Source of the DNA: Acidimicrobiia bacterium
Lineage (GTDB): Bacteria; Actinomycetota; Acidimicrobiia; Spongiisociales; UBA5794
Direction of reading: 5' to 3'
Length of the DNA stretch: 64,000 bases
Assembly (NCBI GenBank): GCA_036985855.1
Contig: BTQL01000001.1
Coordinates: forward strand, 10,920 to 74,919
Part shown: positions 50,721 to 61,654 of the stretch, in pieces
Layout: the number at the start of each line of letters is the position of its first letter
Position numbering within the stretch: the first letter of the stretch is position 1
Notes under the pieces: generated by a model
Seen by the model: the letters and a program-made list of their open reading frames with translations, nothing else
What the model was told of the DNA's origin: nothing
Databases searched by the model: none
Translations under genes and position numbers: made by a program

Positions 50721-51197
50721 TTGACCCAGATCGAAACCGACGGTGACACGTCGAAGGGAACACCCGACCACATCTACCAGATCTTCATCAATGTCGGCCC
50801 TCCTGAAGTGTGGGAAGCCATCGTCGACAGCGACAGAACCCAGAAGTACTTCTACGGCACTCGAGTGGAGTCCTCCTGGAAAGAAGGGGCCGAGGTCAGG
50901 TATACGTACCCCGATGGCAGCGTCGCCGCCGAAGGGACCATCCTGGGTATCGAGCCTCTGAAGACAGTCGACATGACGTTTCAGGCGTTGTGGGATTCAG
51001 ACCTCATCGCCGAGGGGCCTGCACGCGTGATCTGGCGTGTGGAGGATTTCAACGGCGCGAGCAAACTCACGATTGTGCTGTATGACACGCCTGTGGGAAG
51101 CAGAACACATGAACACTTCGTGAACGGGTTCCCCTACATCGTGTCTGGCATGAAAACCCTGCTCGAGACAGGTGAAAGTCTCCCGAATCCATCCTGA
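50721..51197 (+). CDS. SRPBCC (START/AHSA1-like) domain protein
   Basis: 158-aa ORF (TTG start) with an AHSA1-like pattern (VWEAIVD..TQKYFYG..). Confidence 0.6.
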   Translation: MTQIETDGDTSKGTPDHIYQIFINVGPPEVWEAIVDSDRTQKYFYGTRVESSWKEGAEVRYTYPDGSVAAEGTILGIEPLKTVDMTFQALWDSDLIAEGPARVIWRVEDFNGASKLTIVLYDTPVGSRTHEHFVNGFPYIVSGMKTLLETGESLPNPS

Positions 51198-51320
51198 ACG
51201 GGAATCTCGGATGACCGTGTCCGAGATCCGGAGGTGGGCATACAAACATTCGGCTATCCGATGTCCGCCATCCCATGGTTTCGCGGTTGGCGTGCCCAGC
51301 CACTCGACTACCGTTAAACG

Positions 51321-52025
51321 ATGCCCGACGTGTCCAATTGGTTCCAGGAATTCACCGACACGCTCGCGGTAGTTGGCGGCTTCCGAGTTCTGATTGCTGC
51401 GGCCCTCGGAGTCATCCTCGGACTCGAACGTCAGCAATCCAACAAAGATGCGGGGCTGAGAACGTACGCGCTCGTCGCAGCCGGTTCCGCCCTGTTCACG
51501 GTGCTATCGATCGAGGCCTTCCCAGGGGCGGACACATCCAGAGTCGCAGCCCAAATCGTCACCGGCATCGGCTTTCTCGGTGCAGGACTCATCTTCCGTC
51601 AGGGCGTGAACGTCCAGGGCCTCACCACGGCTGCAGGCCTGTGGTCCGTGGCGGCGATCGGAATGGCTGCAGGCACGGGATTCTGGGGTCTCGCGATCGT
51701 GGTCACCGTCATCGTGCTTTTCGTGCTCAAGGTGTCTGACAGGTTCTCAACACAACTACGGGCCCAAGCACTCAGGCACGCTCAATGGTCGGTTCGGCTC
51801 ACGATGATCGATGTGGCATCGATCGAGGACATCAGAGAGATCGTGGTAGCCCTTGCCCCCACAGCGGCAAGGGTACTTCCGGACATCGGGCATTGGGCTG
51901 TTGGCCAGAGGAAGGGTTTTCCCACGATCACCCTGATCCTGAACGATGAGGAACTCAACCAGCTCGTCCCTGTGTTCGAATCCCACGAAAGCATATCGCA
52001 GATCCGAATTCATGGGCTTGACTGA
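51321..52025 (+). CDS. MgtC/SapB family membrane protein
   Basis: LGLERQQSNKDAGLRTYALVA..GIGFLGAGLIFRQG..GLTTAAGLWSVAAIGMAAG. Confidence 0.85.
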   Translation: MPDVSNWFQEFTDTLAVVGGFRVLIAAALGVILGLERQQSNKDAGLRTYALVAAGSALFTVLSIEAFPGADTSRVAAQIVTGIGFLGAGLIFRQGVNVQGLTTAAGLWSVAAIGMAAGTGFWGLAIVVTVIVLFVLKVSDRFSTQLRAQALRHAQWSVRLTMIDVASIEDIREIVVALAPTAARVLPDIGHWAVGQRKGFPTITLILNDEELNQLVPVFESHESISQIRIHGLD

Positions 52026-52106
52026 TTCAGGTGTCAGATGCATGAATTCCCTCGACACATGAACACAATCGCGAGACGAGTTTCGTTACTGACCTCGCGA
52101 TCGAAA

Positions 52107-52802
52107 TCACATCTGGCTGAAGATCGCCAACACCCAATCGACCACGACCGACGTGTCCGTTGGAGAATCCAGCGACGCAATGGCTTGCTCTGCCAATCCA
52201 CCAAGCTGGTCTCGTCGGTCCGAATAGATCGCCTTCATGAACGGCGCCGCGAACTCTGGGTGTCCCTGAATGCCAACGTATCCGGTTGCGAACTCGACGA
52301 GGAAGTTGTCACAGTGGTCACTCGAACCCAGCACGACCGCATCGGTGGGTAGCTGCGTAACCTGATCCTGATGGCTCGTGACCAGAGACACTGTCTCGTG
52401 GAACGGAGCCATCCATGGACGGCTCTCTGCCACGGTCATCGCATGAACACCAACTCCCCAGCCAAGACGGGACTTCTCAACCGAACCTCCGAGGGCGGTC
52501 GCCATCACCTGCAAACCGAAACAGATACCGAAGATCGGGACCGATGCATCGACAGAAACCCTCACGAACGCCTCGAGATCCCTGATCCACCGTTCATCCT
52601 CGTACACCGACGCCCTTGATCCTGAGATGAGATACCCATCGCACTCGGTGGGATTCACCGGTAACCGACCGTTGCGGATGTCGTAGGCACTGAGGTCGAC
52701 ATCCCTGCCCTCCAACATCGAAGCGAACATCTCGTCGTAGTCGCCTGCAATCTGGTTGTACTCATCGGAAACGTGGTCACACAGGAGCAGTCCAATACGC
52801 AT
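52107..52802 (-). CDS. class I glutamine amidotransferase-like hydrolase (candidate gamma-glutamyl-amide hydrolase)
   Basis: MRIGLLLCD.., nucleophile elbow ICFGLQVMA, GIQGHPEF. ATG at 52802, 1 nt after the aldehyde dehydrogenase stop. Confidence 0.75.
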   Translation of the reverse strand: MRIGLLLCDHVSDEYNQIAGDYDEMFASMLEGRDVDLSAYDIRNGRLPVNPTECDGYLISGSRASVYEDERWIRDLEAFVRVSVDASVPIFGICFGLQVMATALGGSVEKSRLGWGVGVHAMTVAESRPWMAPFHETVSLVTSHQDQVTQLPTDAVVLGSSDHCDNFLVEFATGYVGIQGHPEFAAPFMKAIYSDRRDQLGGLAEQAIASLDSPTDTSVVVDWVLAIFSQM

Positions 52803-52803
52803 A

Positions 52804-54252
52804 TCAGTTGTTCGCGACGAAGACCGTCTTGTACTCGCTGTAGTGGTCAAGCGCCGCCATCCCTTGTTCGCGACCTATGCCGCTGCGTTTCATCCCACCG
52901 AACGGCGCCTCTATGTGCACGCTCGAGCTCGAATTGATCGAGATCATTCCGGTTTCGAACGCTCGCGATACTCGCAGTGCGCGGCCGATGTCACGAGTCC
53001 AGATCGATCCCGAGAGCCCGTAGTCGGAATCATTGGCGATCGAAATCGCCTCGTCCTCGTCGGCAAATGGCATGATTCCGACAACGGGACCAAATACCTC
53101 CTCACGCATGATCGACATGCCGGTGTGAACGTTGACGAACACTGACGGAGTCAGGAAGTTTCCACCGGCGAGCGCTCCGCCGAGTCGCTCCCCTCCACAG
53201 ACACGTTCAGCGCCTTCGTCTTCTGCGCGTTGCATGTGATCCTCGACCGACGCCCGGTGCGATGGCGTGATGAGCGGCCCCATATCTGTTTCATCGTCGG
53301 ATGGTCTGCCAACGGCTAGCCGGTCGGTCCGATCGGTGAACGACTCCACAAAGTCCTCGAACACCGATTGCTGAACGAGAATTCTGCTGCGAGCGCAGCA
53401 GTCCTGACCTGCGTTGTCGAACACCGCCCATATCGAGGACTCAACTGCGTCATGCAGATCCGCGTCACCGAACACGATCGATGCAGACTTGCCCCCCAGT
53501 TCGAGTGAGACCCGCTTGATGCCGTCGGCTGCATCGCGCATGACGCCGGCGCCGATCTCGGTCGATCCGGTGAACGAGATCTTCCGTACGTCTCGGTGCC
53601 TGACGATCGCCGACCCGACCAACGACCCGGGTCCCGGAACGACATTGAGCGCTCCGGGCGGGAGACCGGCTTCAAGAGCGAGGTCTCCAAGCATCAGGGC
53701 TGTCAGAGGCGTGACGCCAGCAGGCTTGGCAACGATCGTGTTCCCCATGGCCAACGCAGGAGCGACCTTCCACGAAAGGATGAGCAGGGGAAAATTCCAC
53801 GGAACGATCAGTCCAACGACTCCGAGCGGTTCACGGAACGTCATCAGCGTCCCGTCAGTCTTACCCGGGATCGTCTGACCGTGGATCTTGTCAACTGCGC
53901 CAGAGTAAAAACGGAAGGTATCCGCCGCCGCATCTATCTCGCCGAGAGCCGCACCGATCGGTTTGCCAACATTTGATGACTCCGCGGCTGCAAGGACCTC
54001 GCGGTTTGCAGAGATTCCCTCAGCGATTCTACCAAGGGTCCTGCCTCGCTCGACTGGAGGCATGGTGCGCCAGGGAGCCGAATGGAACCGACCCACTGCG
54101 GCCCTCACTGCCTTGTCGACATCGTCTGCCCCTCCAAGCGCAACTGAGGTGATCGCGGAACCCGTCGATGGGTCATGAACACTTCCCACTGTCCCATCCT
54201 GGGCTTCAACTCGCTCGCCATTGATCAGTAACCCTTCGTATCCCTCGTTCAT
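52804..54252 (-). CDS. NAD(P)-dependent aldehyde dehydrogenase
   Basis: FTGSTEIG, LELGGKSA, catalytic Cys region GQDCCARSR, EEVFGPV. Confidence 0.9.
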   Translation of the reverse strand: MNEGYEGLLINGERVEAQDGTVGSVHDPSTGSAITSVALGGADDVDKAVRAAVGRFHSAPWRTMPPVERGRTLGRIAEGISANREVLAAAESSNVGKPIGAALGEIDAAADTFRFYSGAVDKIHGQTIPGKTDGTLMTFREPLGVVGLIVPWNFPLLILSWKVAPALAMGNTIVAKPAGVTPLTALMLGDLALEAGLPPGALNVVPGPGSLVGSAIVRHRDVRKISFTGSTEIGAGVMRDAADGIKRVSLELGGKSASIVFGDADLHDAVESSIWAVFDNAGQDCCARSRILVQQSVFEDFVESFTDRTDRLAVGRPSDDETDMGPLITPSHRASVEDHMQRAEDEGAERVCGGERLGGALAGGNFLTPSVFVNVHTGMSIMREEVFGPVVGIMPFADEDEAISIANDSDYGLSGSIWTRDIGRALRVSRAFETGMISINSSSSVHIEAPFGGMKRSGIGREQGMAALDHYSEYKTVFVANN

Positions 54253-54256
54253 TGCA

Positions 54257-55033
54257 TCACTCCGGAGTCACATATGCGGCGGTGATGCCACCATCGACGA
54301 GGAACTCGCTCCCCGTGACGTAGGACGAGTCATCAGAGGCAAGGAACAACGCGGACTTGGCCATCTCCTCAGCAAGCCCGAACCGGCCCATCGGAACGTG
54401 CACCAGCCTGCGCTGCTTCTTCTCCTCCGTATCGAGGAACTTCATGAGCAGCTCAGTACGGAGTGGTCCGGGACAGAGAGCGTTGACTCTGACTCCTTCT
54501 CTTGCGTGGACAACCGCCAGCTCGCGGGTCAGGGCGAGTACGGCACCCTTCGAAGCCGTGTAAGCAATCTGGGGTGTTGCGGCGCCAAGATGTGCGACGA
54601 AGGACGCCGTATTGATGATCGAACCTCCACCCGTCTCCTTGATCGCAGGAATACCGTACTTGCATCCAAGGAACACGCCTTTTGCGTTCACGTTCATCGT
54701 CAAATCCCAGATGGCTTCAGATGTGGATTGAGAGTCGCCGTCGTCGCTGTGCATGATCCCTGCGTTGTTGAACATCACGCTGAGTCCGCCATATTCGTCG
54801 ATTGCGGCTCGCACCATTGCCTCGGAATCGGCGGCGGACGACACGTCAGCCCGAACGGCGATCGCGTCGCCGCCGGCATCATTGATTGCCCCGGCGGTTG
54901 CGCTCGCAGTCGATTCATCCAGGTCGACACAGACGACCTTCGCGCCCTCTTGTGCGAACAGCCTTGCGGATTCATACCCGATTCCGCTGCCCGCACCGGT
55001 GATGAGGGCAACCTTGTTGGCCAGACGGCTCAT
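54257..55033 (-). CDS. SDR-family oxidoreductase
   Basis: ALITGAGSGIG, NNAG, YTASKGAV. Confidence 0.9.
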   Translation of the reverse strand: MSRLANKVALITGAGSGIGYESARLFAQEGAKVVCVDLDESTASATAGAINDAGGDAIAVRADVSSAADSEAMVRAAIDEYGGLSVMFNNAGIMHSDDGDSQSTSEAIWDLTMNVNAKGVFLGCKYGIPAIKETGGGSIINTASFVAHLGAATPQIAYTASKGAVLALTRELAVVHAREGVRVNALCPGPLRTELLMKFLDTEEKKQRRLVHVPMGRFGLAEEMAKSALFLASDDSSYVTGSEFLVDGGITAAYVTPE

Positions 55034-55069
55034 ATTCTTCTCCGTTTTCCAGTCGAAGGACCGCTCTCA

Positions 55070-56449
55070 CTAGATGCGGTCGAAATACCGTGCACGCTCC
55101 CAGTCCGTCACTGCCGCGTCGTACGCGGCAGCCTCCACCGCATAGAAGTGGGCGTAATGATTCTGAACATCCCGTGAGAATGCCTCACCGACGAAGTCGC
55201 TCGACGCGAAGGGCGAGATCGCTGCGGCGAGCGTCCCGGGAACGCTCGGCAGATCCTGAGCGGCATATACGTCCCCTGTGAACATCTCCGGTGCATCGAT
55301 CCCTCGCTCGATGCCATCGATGCCCGAGGCAAGGGCTGCCGCGTAGGCGAGGTATGGGTTGACGTCTCCGCCGGGGATCCTGCATTCGATTCGCAGGCTC
55401 GGCCCCGCACCGACGACTCGAAATCCGGCAGTTCGGTTGTCGTAGCTCCATGCGATGTTCGTCGGCGCCCAGGAAGCCTCCTTGTAGCGCTTGTATGAGT
55501 TCACCGTTGGTGCGTAGAAAGGCATCACTTCGAGGGCGTGGGTCATCCACCCACCGAGAAAGGCGGTGAACGTGTCCGAACAGCGAATCGGCCCGATCTC
55601 GCCCTCGCCAACGAAGGCATTCTGGCCGTCGCACCACAGGCTGAGGTGGATATGGCAACTCGAACCTGCCTGGTCTGCCTCGGGTTTCGCCATGAAAGTG
55701 ACGCTGATACCGAGCTGGTCTGCGATGTCCTTCATGAGCAGTTTCATGATCGTGTGGCGGTCGGCCATCTCGAGGATCTCGGAGTACTTGATGTTCATCT
55801 CATGCTGGCCTCGACCGAATTCACCTTTTGAATTCTCGACCGGGATACCTGAAGCCGAGAGATGGCGCCGGACTGCACCGTTGTAGAACTCCTCGCGCCC
55901 TCCCTGCATGATGTGGTAGTCCTCGCTGTACCAACCGACAGACGTCAGATCGTTGAATCCTTTGTCCGCTGCTTCCCTGTATGACTCCTCGTACATGTAG
56001 TACTCGAGCTCAGACGCGGCTTTCGCCGTCATACCGCGAGACTCGAGCCTCTCGATCTGCCTCCGCAGGATCGACCTCGGTGCAACCGGGACATATTCGT
56101 GGGTCGTGTTGTCGACCAGATCACACAGCACGATCGCTGTACCGGGGAGCCAGTCTGCGATACGCATGGTCGACATGTCGGGCACCATGTGAAAGTCGCC
56201 GTATCCGAGTTCCCAGTTGGCGTATGTGTAACCAGGAACGGGAACCATCTCCATGTCGACCGCAAACAGATAGTCACATGCGTGGGTACCGGCTTCGGCG
56301 CCATCGTCGACGAAGTGCGCCGCATCGAACCGCTTGCCTTGGACCCGACCGTAGTGGTCGGTGAAGGCGACGATCACCGTGTCGACATCACCGGCCTCGA
56401 CCCGAACCGCGAGGCTCTCGAGATCCAACATCCCTCGTTCATGCTCCAT
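55070..56449 (-). CDS. glutamine synthetase family protein (gamma-glutamyl-amine ligase type, GlnA3/GlnA4/PuuA-like)
   Basis: GS beta-grasp and catalytic domains (FTDHYGRVQGKRF, KGEFGRGQHEMN, GSSCHIHLSLW, NRTAGFRV). ATG at 56449; ATG at 56509 is an alternative. Confidence 0.85.
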   Translation of the reverse strand: MEHERGMLDLESLAVRVEAGDVDTVIVAFTDHYGRVQGKRFDAAHFVDDGAEAGTHACDYLFAVDMEMVPVPGYTYANWELGYGDFHMVPDMSTMRIADWLPGTAIVLCDLVDNTTHEYVPVAPRSILRRQIERLESRGMTAKAASELEYYMYEESYREAADKGFNDLTSVGWYSEDYHIMQGGREEFYNGAVRRHLSASGIPVENSKGEFGRGQHEMNIKYSEILEMADRHTIMKLLMKDIADQLGISVTFMAKPEADQAGSSCHIHLSLWCDGQNAFVGEGEIGPIRCSDTFTAFLGGWMTHALEVMPFYAPTVNSYKRYKEASWAPTNIAWSYDNRTAGFRVVGAGPSLRIECRIPGGDVNPYLAYAAALASGIDGIERGIDAPEMFTGDVYAAQDLPSVPGTLAAAISPFASSDFVGEAFSRDVQNHYAHFYAVEAAAYDAAVTDWERARYFDRI

Positions 56450-56603
56450 CGCCACATCCGATCGGTAGCCGTAGAAACGGACACTAGACGAACTGGCTGG
56501 TGTCTTCATCGGCAGACAGCCACTGGTACCGTCTGGGAGGTATCCCCTTCCCACAGCGCTTCGCTGGGTCCATCATTGAACAAGACCCACCACAGGAGGT
56601 CGG

Positions 56604-56849
56604 ATGCACAAGCACATCACCATCGAAATCGGAATCGACGAAGACGAGACCACGACGCTCGTCCACGCTGTTCTCGATCTACGCGGGGAGCACTTCAATG
56701 CGACGGGGAGAGCTAAACGCAACCCCATTGATCCGAGTATCCCCGTCATTGGGGAGGAGCTTGCTCTGGCGAGAGCACTGGGCTCCCTGGAGGAGCAAAT
56801 CGTGGACGCCGCCTACGCAAAGATCGATGGGGCGCCGTCTGTCAGTTGA
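56604..56849 (+). CDS. DUF1876-like small protein
   Basis: 81-aa ORF with the pattern ..EDETTTLVHAVLDLRGEHFNATGRAKRNPIDPSIPVIGEELALARALGSL.. typical of the actinobacterial DUF1876 family (from memory). Confidence 0.6.
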   Translation: MHKHITIEIGIDEDETTTLVHAVLDLRGEHFNATGRAKRNPIDPSIPVIGEELALARALGSLEEQIVDAAYAKIDGAPSVS

Positions 56850-56912
56850 CCGTTGGCGTTTCACAGTCGGCACCGCCGTGACGGTGAACCGGCAATGTAC
56901 GACCCGGAAAGA

Positions 56913-56940
56913 GAGACGGGCGCCTCTCGGCGCCCGTCTC
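56913..56940. terminator. bidirectional stem-loop terminator (12-bp GC-rich stem)
   Basis: gagacgggcgcc-tctc-ggcgcccgtctc, between the convergent DUF1876 and groEL genes. Confidence 0.7.
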
Positions 56941-56958
56941 CCATCGTTTGGTGGACCG

Positions 56959-58901
<1,943 letters not shown>

Positions 58902-58921
58902 CCGACTCTCCTTGTTTCGAG

Positions 58922-58948
58922 TTAGCAGTCGGTACTTACGAGTGCCAA
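58922..58948 (-). promoter_or_regulatory. CIRCE-like HrcA operator (proximal)
   Basis: ttagcagtc-N9-gagtgccaa compared with the consensus TTAGCACTC-N9-GAGTGCTAA. Confidence 0.7.
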
Positions 58949-58960
58949 GGATAGCGAACT

Positions 58961-58987
58961 CTGGCACTCTCTTGACGAGAGTGCCAG
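58961..58987 (-). promoter_or_regulatory. CIRCE-like HrcA operator (distal)
   Basis: ctggcactc-N9-gagtgccag, a perfect inverted repeat with the GCACTC-N9-GAGTGC core. Confidence 0.7.
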
Positions 58988-59058
58988 AACAGTTCACTGG
59001 TGATAGTTTTCAGCTCACGCCGAGCCGTGTGCCGCCTGTGGACGGTGAGCCGTCTCTC

Positions 59059-60144
59059 TCATTTCGATAGTGCCGAAGACAGATCCATGCCCTCGATGAT
59101 GCCGACGACGATCCCATCATTCACCACGACGGCTCGGCCACTTAGTCCTGCTGGGCGAAGCAGCAGGCTCTCGAGCGGAGCGCTTGCGTCCACGACATCT
59201 GCCGGACCGATCTGGCGCATCAACGCTCGGGCCCGAACCGAGGGCCACCGACTGGGTGAGACGGAGTCGATTTCACCCTGTCCCAGCACGCCGACAACCC
59301 TCCCCGACATCTCGACGGGCAGGGACCGCAAACGCGGACCCATCGCATAGAGATCGAGAACCTCCACGATCGTCGCGTCTCCCGATATGGCGTCATGTGT
59401 CTCACGCATGACATCGGCCACAAACATCCCGTCGAAGGCCGCGCTCAGCTCCTCCCTACGGCCGGCCGAAACCGCTGCCGTCGCAAGAAACAGCCCGGCG
59501 ACGATCCAGAAGAGGCCGGTCGCATTTCTCATCGCAAGAAGGAACACACCGACACCTACAACGGCAAAACCAAGCACGCGACCGATTGTCGTCACGACCC
59601 TGGTCGCCCTCACTCGATCTCTCCCACCTCTTGCAAGGATGCTGCGGACGATACGTCCGCCATCCAACGGAAACCCCGGCAACAGATTGAATACTCCGAT
59701 TGCGATGTTCGCGATACCGAGCGCCCACAGCGTCGCACCAACAAGGTTTTCTGCTCCCAGACCGTACGGGCCGGCCAAGAGCAGCAAACCAATGAGCACA
59801 GACGAGATCGGTCCTGCGATCGAAACAAGGAATTCCGTGCGAGGCGTTGGAACGCCATCGATCACCGAATAACCACCGAACATGTACAGACGGATGGACC
59901 GAACCGCCAGCCCTCGCCTCAGTGCAATGACAACGTGACTGGATTCGTGCAGGAAAACGCCCCCGACGACTCCAACCGCGGCAAGGGCAGCGAACGCGCC
60001 GACGGCCTCATCCGATGCATCCGGGACGGCTTGACCGAGATAAATGAACATGGCCCCGCCGAACAGCAGGGCGAGCAGGAATGCCGAGGCGTCTGCGACA
60101 ACATCGACTCCTGCAAACTTCCCGAGGCGAATCGCACCGTTCAC
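59059..60144 (-). CDS. M50 site-2 protease family zinc metalloprotease with a C-terminal CBS pair
   Basis: HESSHVVIA (HExxH) within TM helices, NLLPGFPLDGG, and a CBS-like C-terminus. GTGA overlap with tsaD. Confidence 0.8.
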   Translation of the reverse strand: MNGAIRLGKFAGVDVVADASAFLLALLFGGAMFIYLGQAVPDASDEAVGAFAALAAVGVVGGVFLHESSHVVIALRRGLAVRSIRLYMFGGYSVIDGVPTPRTEFLVSIAGPISSVLIGLLLLAGPYGLGAENLVGATLWALGIANIAIGVFNLLPGFPLDGGRIVRSILARGGRDRVRATRVVTTIGRVLGFAVVGVGVFLLAMRNATGLFWIVAGLFLATAAVSAGRREELSAAFDGMFVADVMRETHDAISGDATIVEVLDLYAMGPRLRSLPVEMSGRVVGVLGQGEIDSVSPSRWPSVRARALMRQIGPADVVDASAPLESLLLRPAGLSGRAVVVNDGIVVGIIEGMDLSSALSK

Positions 60145-61154
60145 GCGTCCAGCCGCAGGCCCGGTTTGACGTCCCCGACGAGTTCATCGCCTGGGATACC
60201 GTCGACGATCTTGTTGACCGCAACGCTGGCGATCATCGCACCATTGTCCGTACACAGCTCAGGTTCGGGGATGAACAACCCGACTCCCCTTCTGGCCGCC
60301 TCCTCTGCGAGCCGGTCGCGAAGCCGCCGATTGGCGAGCACGCCTCCACCCCCTCCGACGACCTCGACTCCTGTCGCTTCAACGGCGTTGAACGTCTTGT
60401 CAACGAGCACGTCGACGATAGCTTCCTGGATCGATGCGGACACGTCCGATCGAGACGGAAGCTCGCCTGCATCACGAGCCTTCTCCAGATACCTGACAAC
60501 GGAAGTCTTGAGTCCGGAAAACGAGAAGTCGAACGGCCGATCACGTAGCGCCCGAGGGAAGTTGACTGCCTCTGGATCTCCACCTTCGGAATCCCGGTCT
60601 ATTGCGGGTCCACCCGGATACCCGAGGCCCATGAACCTGGCGAGTTTGTCGAACGCCTCGCCTGCTGCATCGTCGATCGTCCCACCAAGCACCTCATAGT
60701 CCCCCCATGCCTTGACATGAACGATCTGGCTGTGCCCGCCGCTCGCGAGGATCACGACAGCAGGTGGTTCGTAGTCGCCAAACGAGAGGCGCGGAGCGAA
60801 GAGGTGACCCTCCATGTGATCGATGCCGTAAAAGGGCTTTCCAAGTGCGTAGGCGAAAGACTTCGCGAAGGAGTAACCAACCATGAGAGGGCCAATGAGC
60901 CCGGGACCCTGAGTGACCGCAACGGCATCGATATCGTTCGGATGGATGCCCGCTTGCGTGATCGCTTGATGGGTCAGCGGCCGAATCGCTTCCACATGTG
61001 CGCGCGCAGCGACCTCTGGCACAACTCCTCCGAATCGGGCGTGATCGTCGATCTGGCTCGCAAGCACCGAGCTACGTGTCGAAAGACCCTCGATGACCGC
61101 CACACCTGTCTCATCACAGCTCGTCTCGAATCCGAGAACCAGCGGACCGCTCAT
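60141..61154 (-). CDS. tsaD: tRNA N6-adenosine threonylcarbamoyltransferase
   Basis: VLGFETSCDETGVAV, HMEGHL, GGGVLANRRLR. Confidence 0.95.
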   Translation of the reverse strand: MSGPLVLGFETSCDETGVAVIEGLSTRSSVLASQIDDHARFGGVVPEVAARAHVEAIRPLTHQAITQAGIHPNDIDAVAVTQGPGLIGPLMVGYSFAKSFAYALGKPFYGIDHMEGHLFAPRLSFGDYEPPAVVILASGGHSQIVHVKAWGDYEVLGGTIDDAAGEAFDKLARFMGLGYPGGPAIDRDSEGGDPEAVNFPRALRDRPFDFSFSGLKTSVVRYLEKARDAGELPSRSDVSASIQEAIVDVLVDKTFNAVEATGVEVVGGGGGVLANRRLRDRLAEEAARRGVGLFIPEPELCTDNGAMIASVAVNKIVDGIPGDELVGDVKPGLRLDA

Positions 61155-61654
61155 GGCCGCTCACCTCCAACGGCTGATCGGATCGAGGCGATCCTGGTCG
61201 CATAGTCGACGGCGTCGATGTCGGTTGCCCACATGACAAGTGCATCCTCGTCTTTGTAGTAGTTCTTCCGTCTCCCGACGGGAGCAAAGCCGAAAAGCTC
61301 ATAGAGGCCCTGAGCGGAGGAATTCGACAGACGAACCTCAAGGGTGAGATGTCTCGCCCCAACCGAAAGAGCCTCATCTACGAGCGCAAGCATCAGCCTC
61401 TTGCCGAGCTGTCTTCCTCGCGCCTCAGGGGCAACGGCGAGCGTCGTGATGTGTGCGTCCTCATCAACGACGAGAAGTCCGCCGTAACCAACGACGCCTG
61501 CATCTCCGTTCGTCACGACGACATATCCACGGTTCTCCATGGCAAGCTCGTCGAAGAACACACGAGGAGACCAAGGCTGGTCGTACACTTCAGCCTCGAT
61601 CGCCGCAACAGAGGGAATGTCGGCACGGGTCATCTCTCTGATGTTCGTCGTCAT
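61151..61654 (-). CDS. rimI: ribosomal-protein-alanine N-acetyltransferase
   Basis: GNAT fold (VAPEARGRQLGKRLM, LEVRLSNSSAQGLYELFGF). Sits between tsaB and tsaD; ATGA overlaps at both ends. Confidence 0.85.
   Translation of the reverse strand: MTTNIREMTRADIPSVAAIEAEVYDQPWSPRVFFDELAMENRGYVVVTNGDAGVVGYGGLLVVDEDAHITTLAVAPEARGRQLGKRLMLALVDEALSVGARHLTLEVRLSNSSAQGLYELFGFAPVGRRKNYYKDEDALVMWATDIDAVDYATRIASIRSAVGGERP

Noticed and set aside
51198-51320. Possible Mg2+ (M-box) riboswitch upstream of mgtC
   Set aside because: The gap is only about 120 nt, and I found none of the conserved M-box sequence blocks. The only structure is an 8-bp hairpin (atctcgga..tccgagat) that looks like the 3' end of the preceding gene.
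59395-60699. 434-aa plus-strand ORF spanning the M50 protease/tsaD junction
   Set aside because: It crosses two well-supported minus-strand genes and is low-complexity (Ser/Pro/Arg/Thr-rich). It is a shadow ORF.
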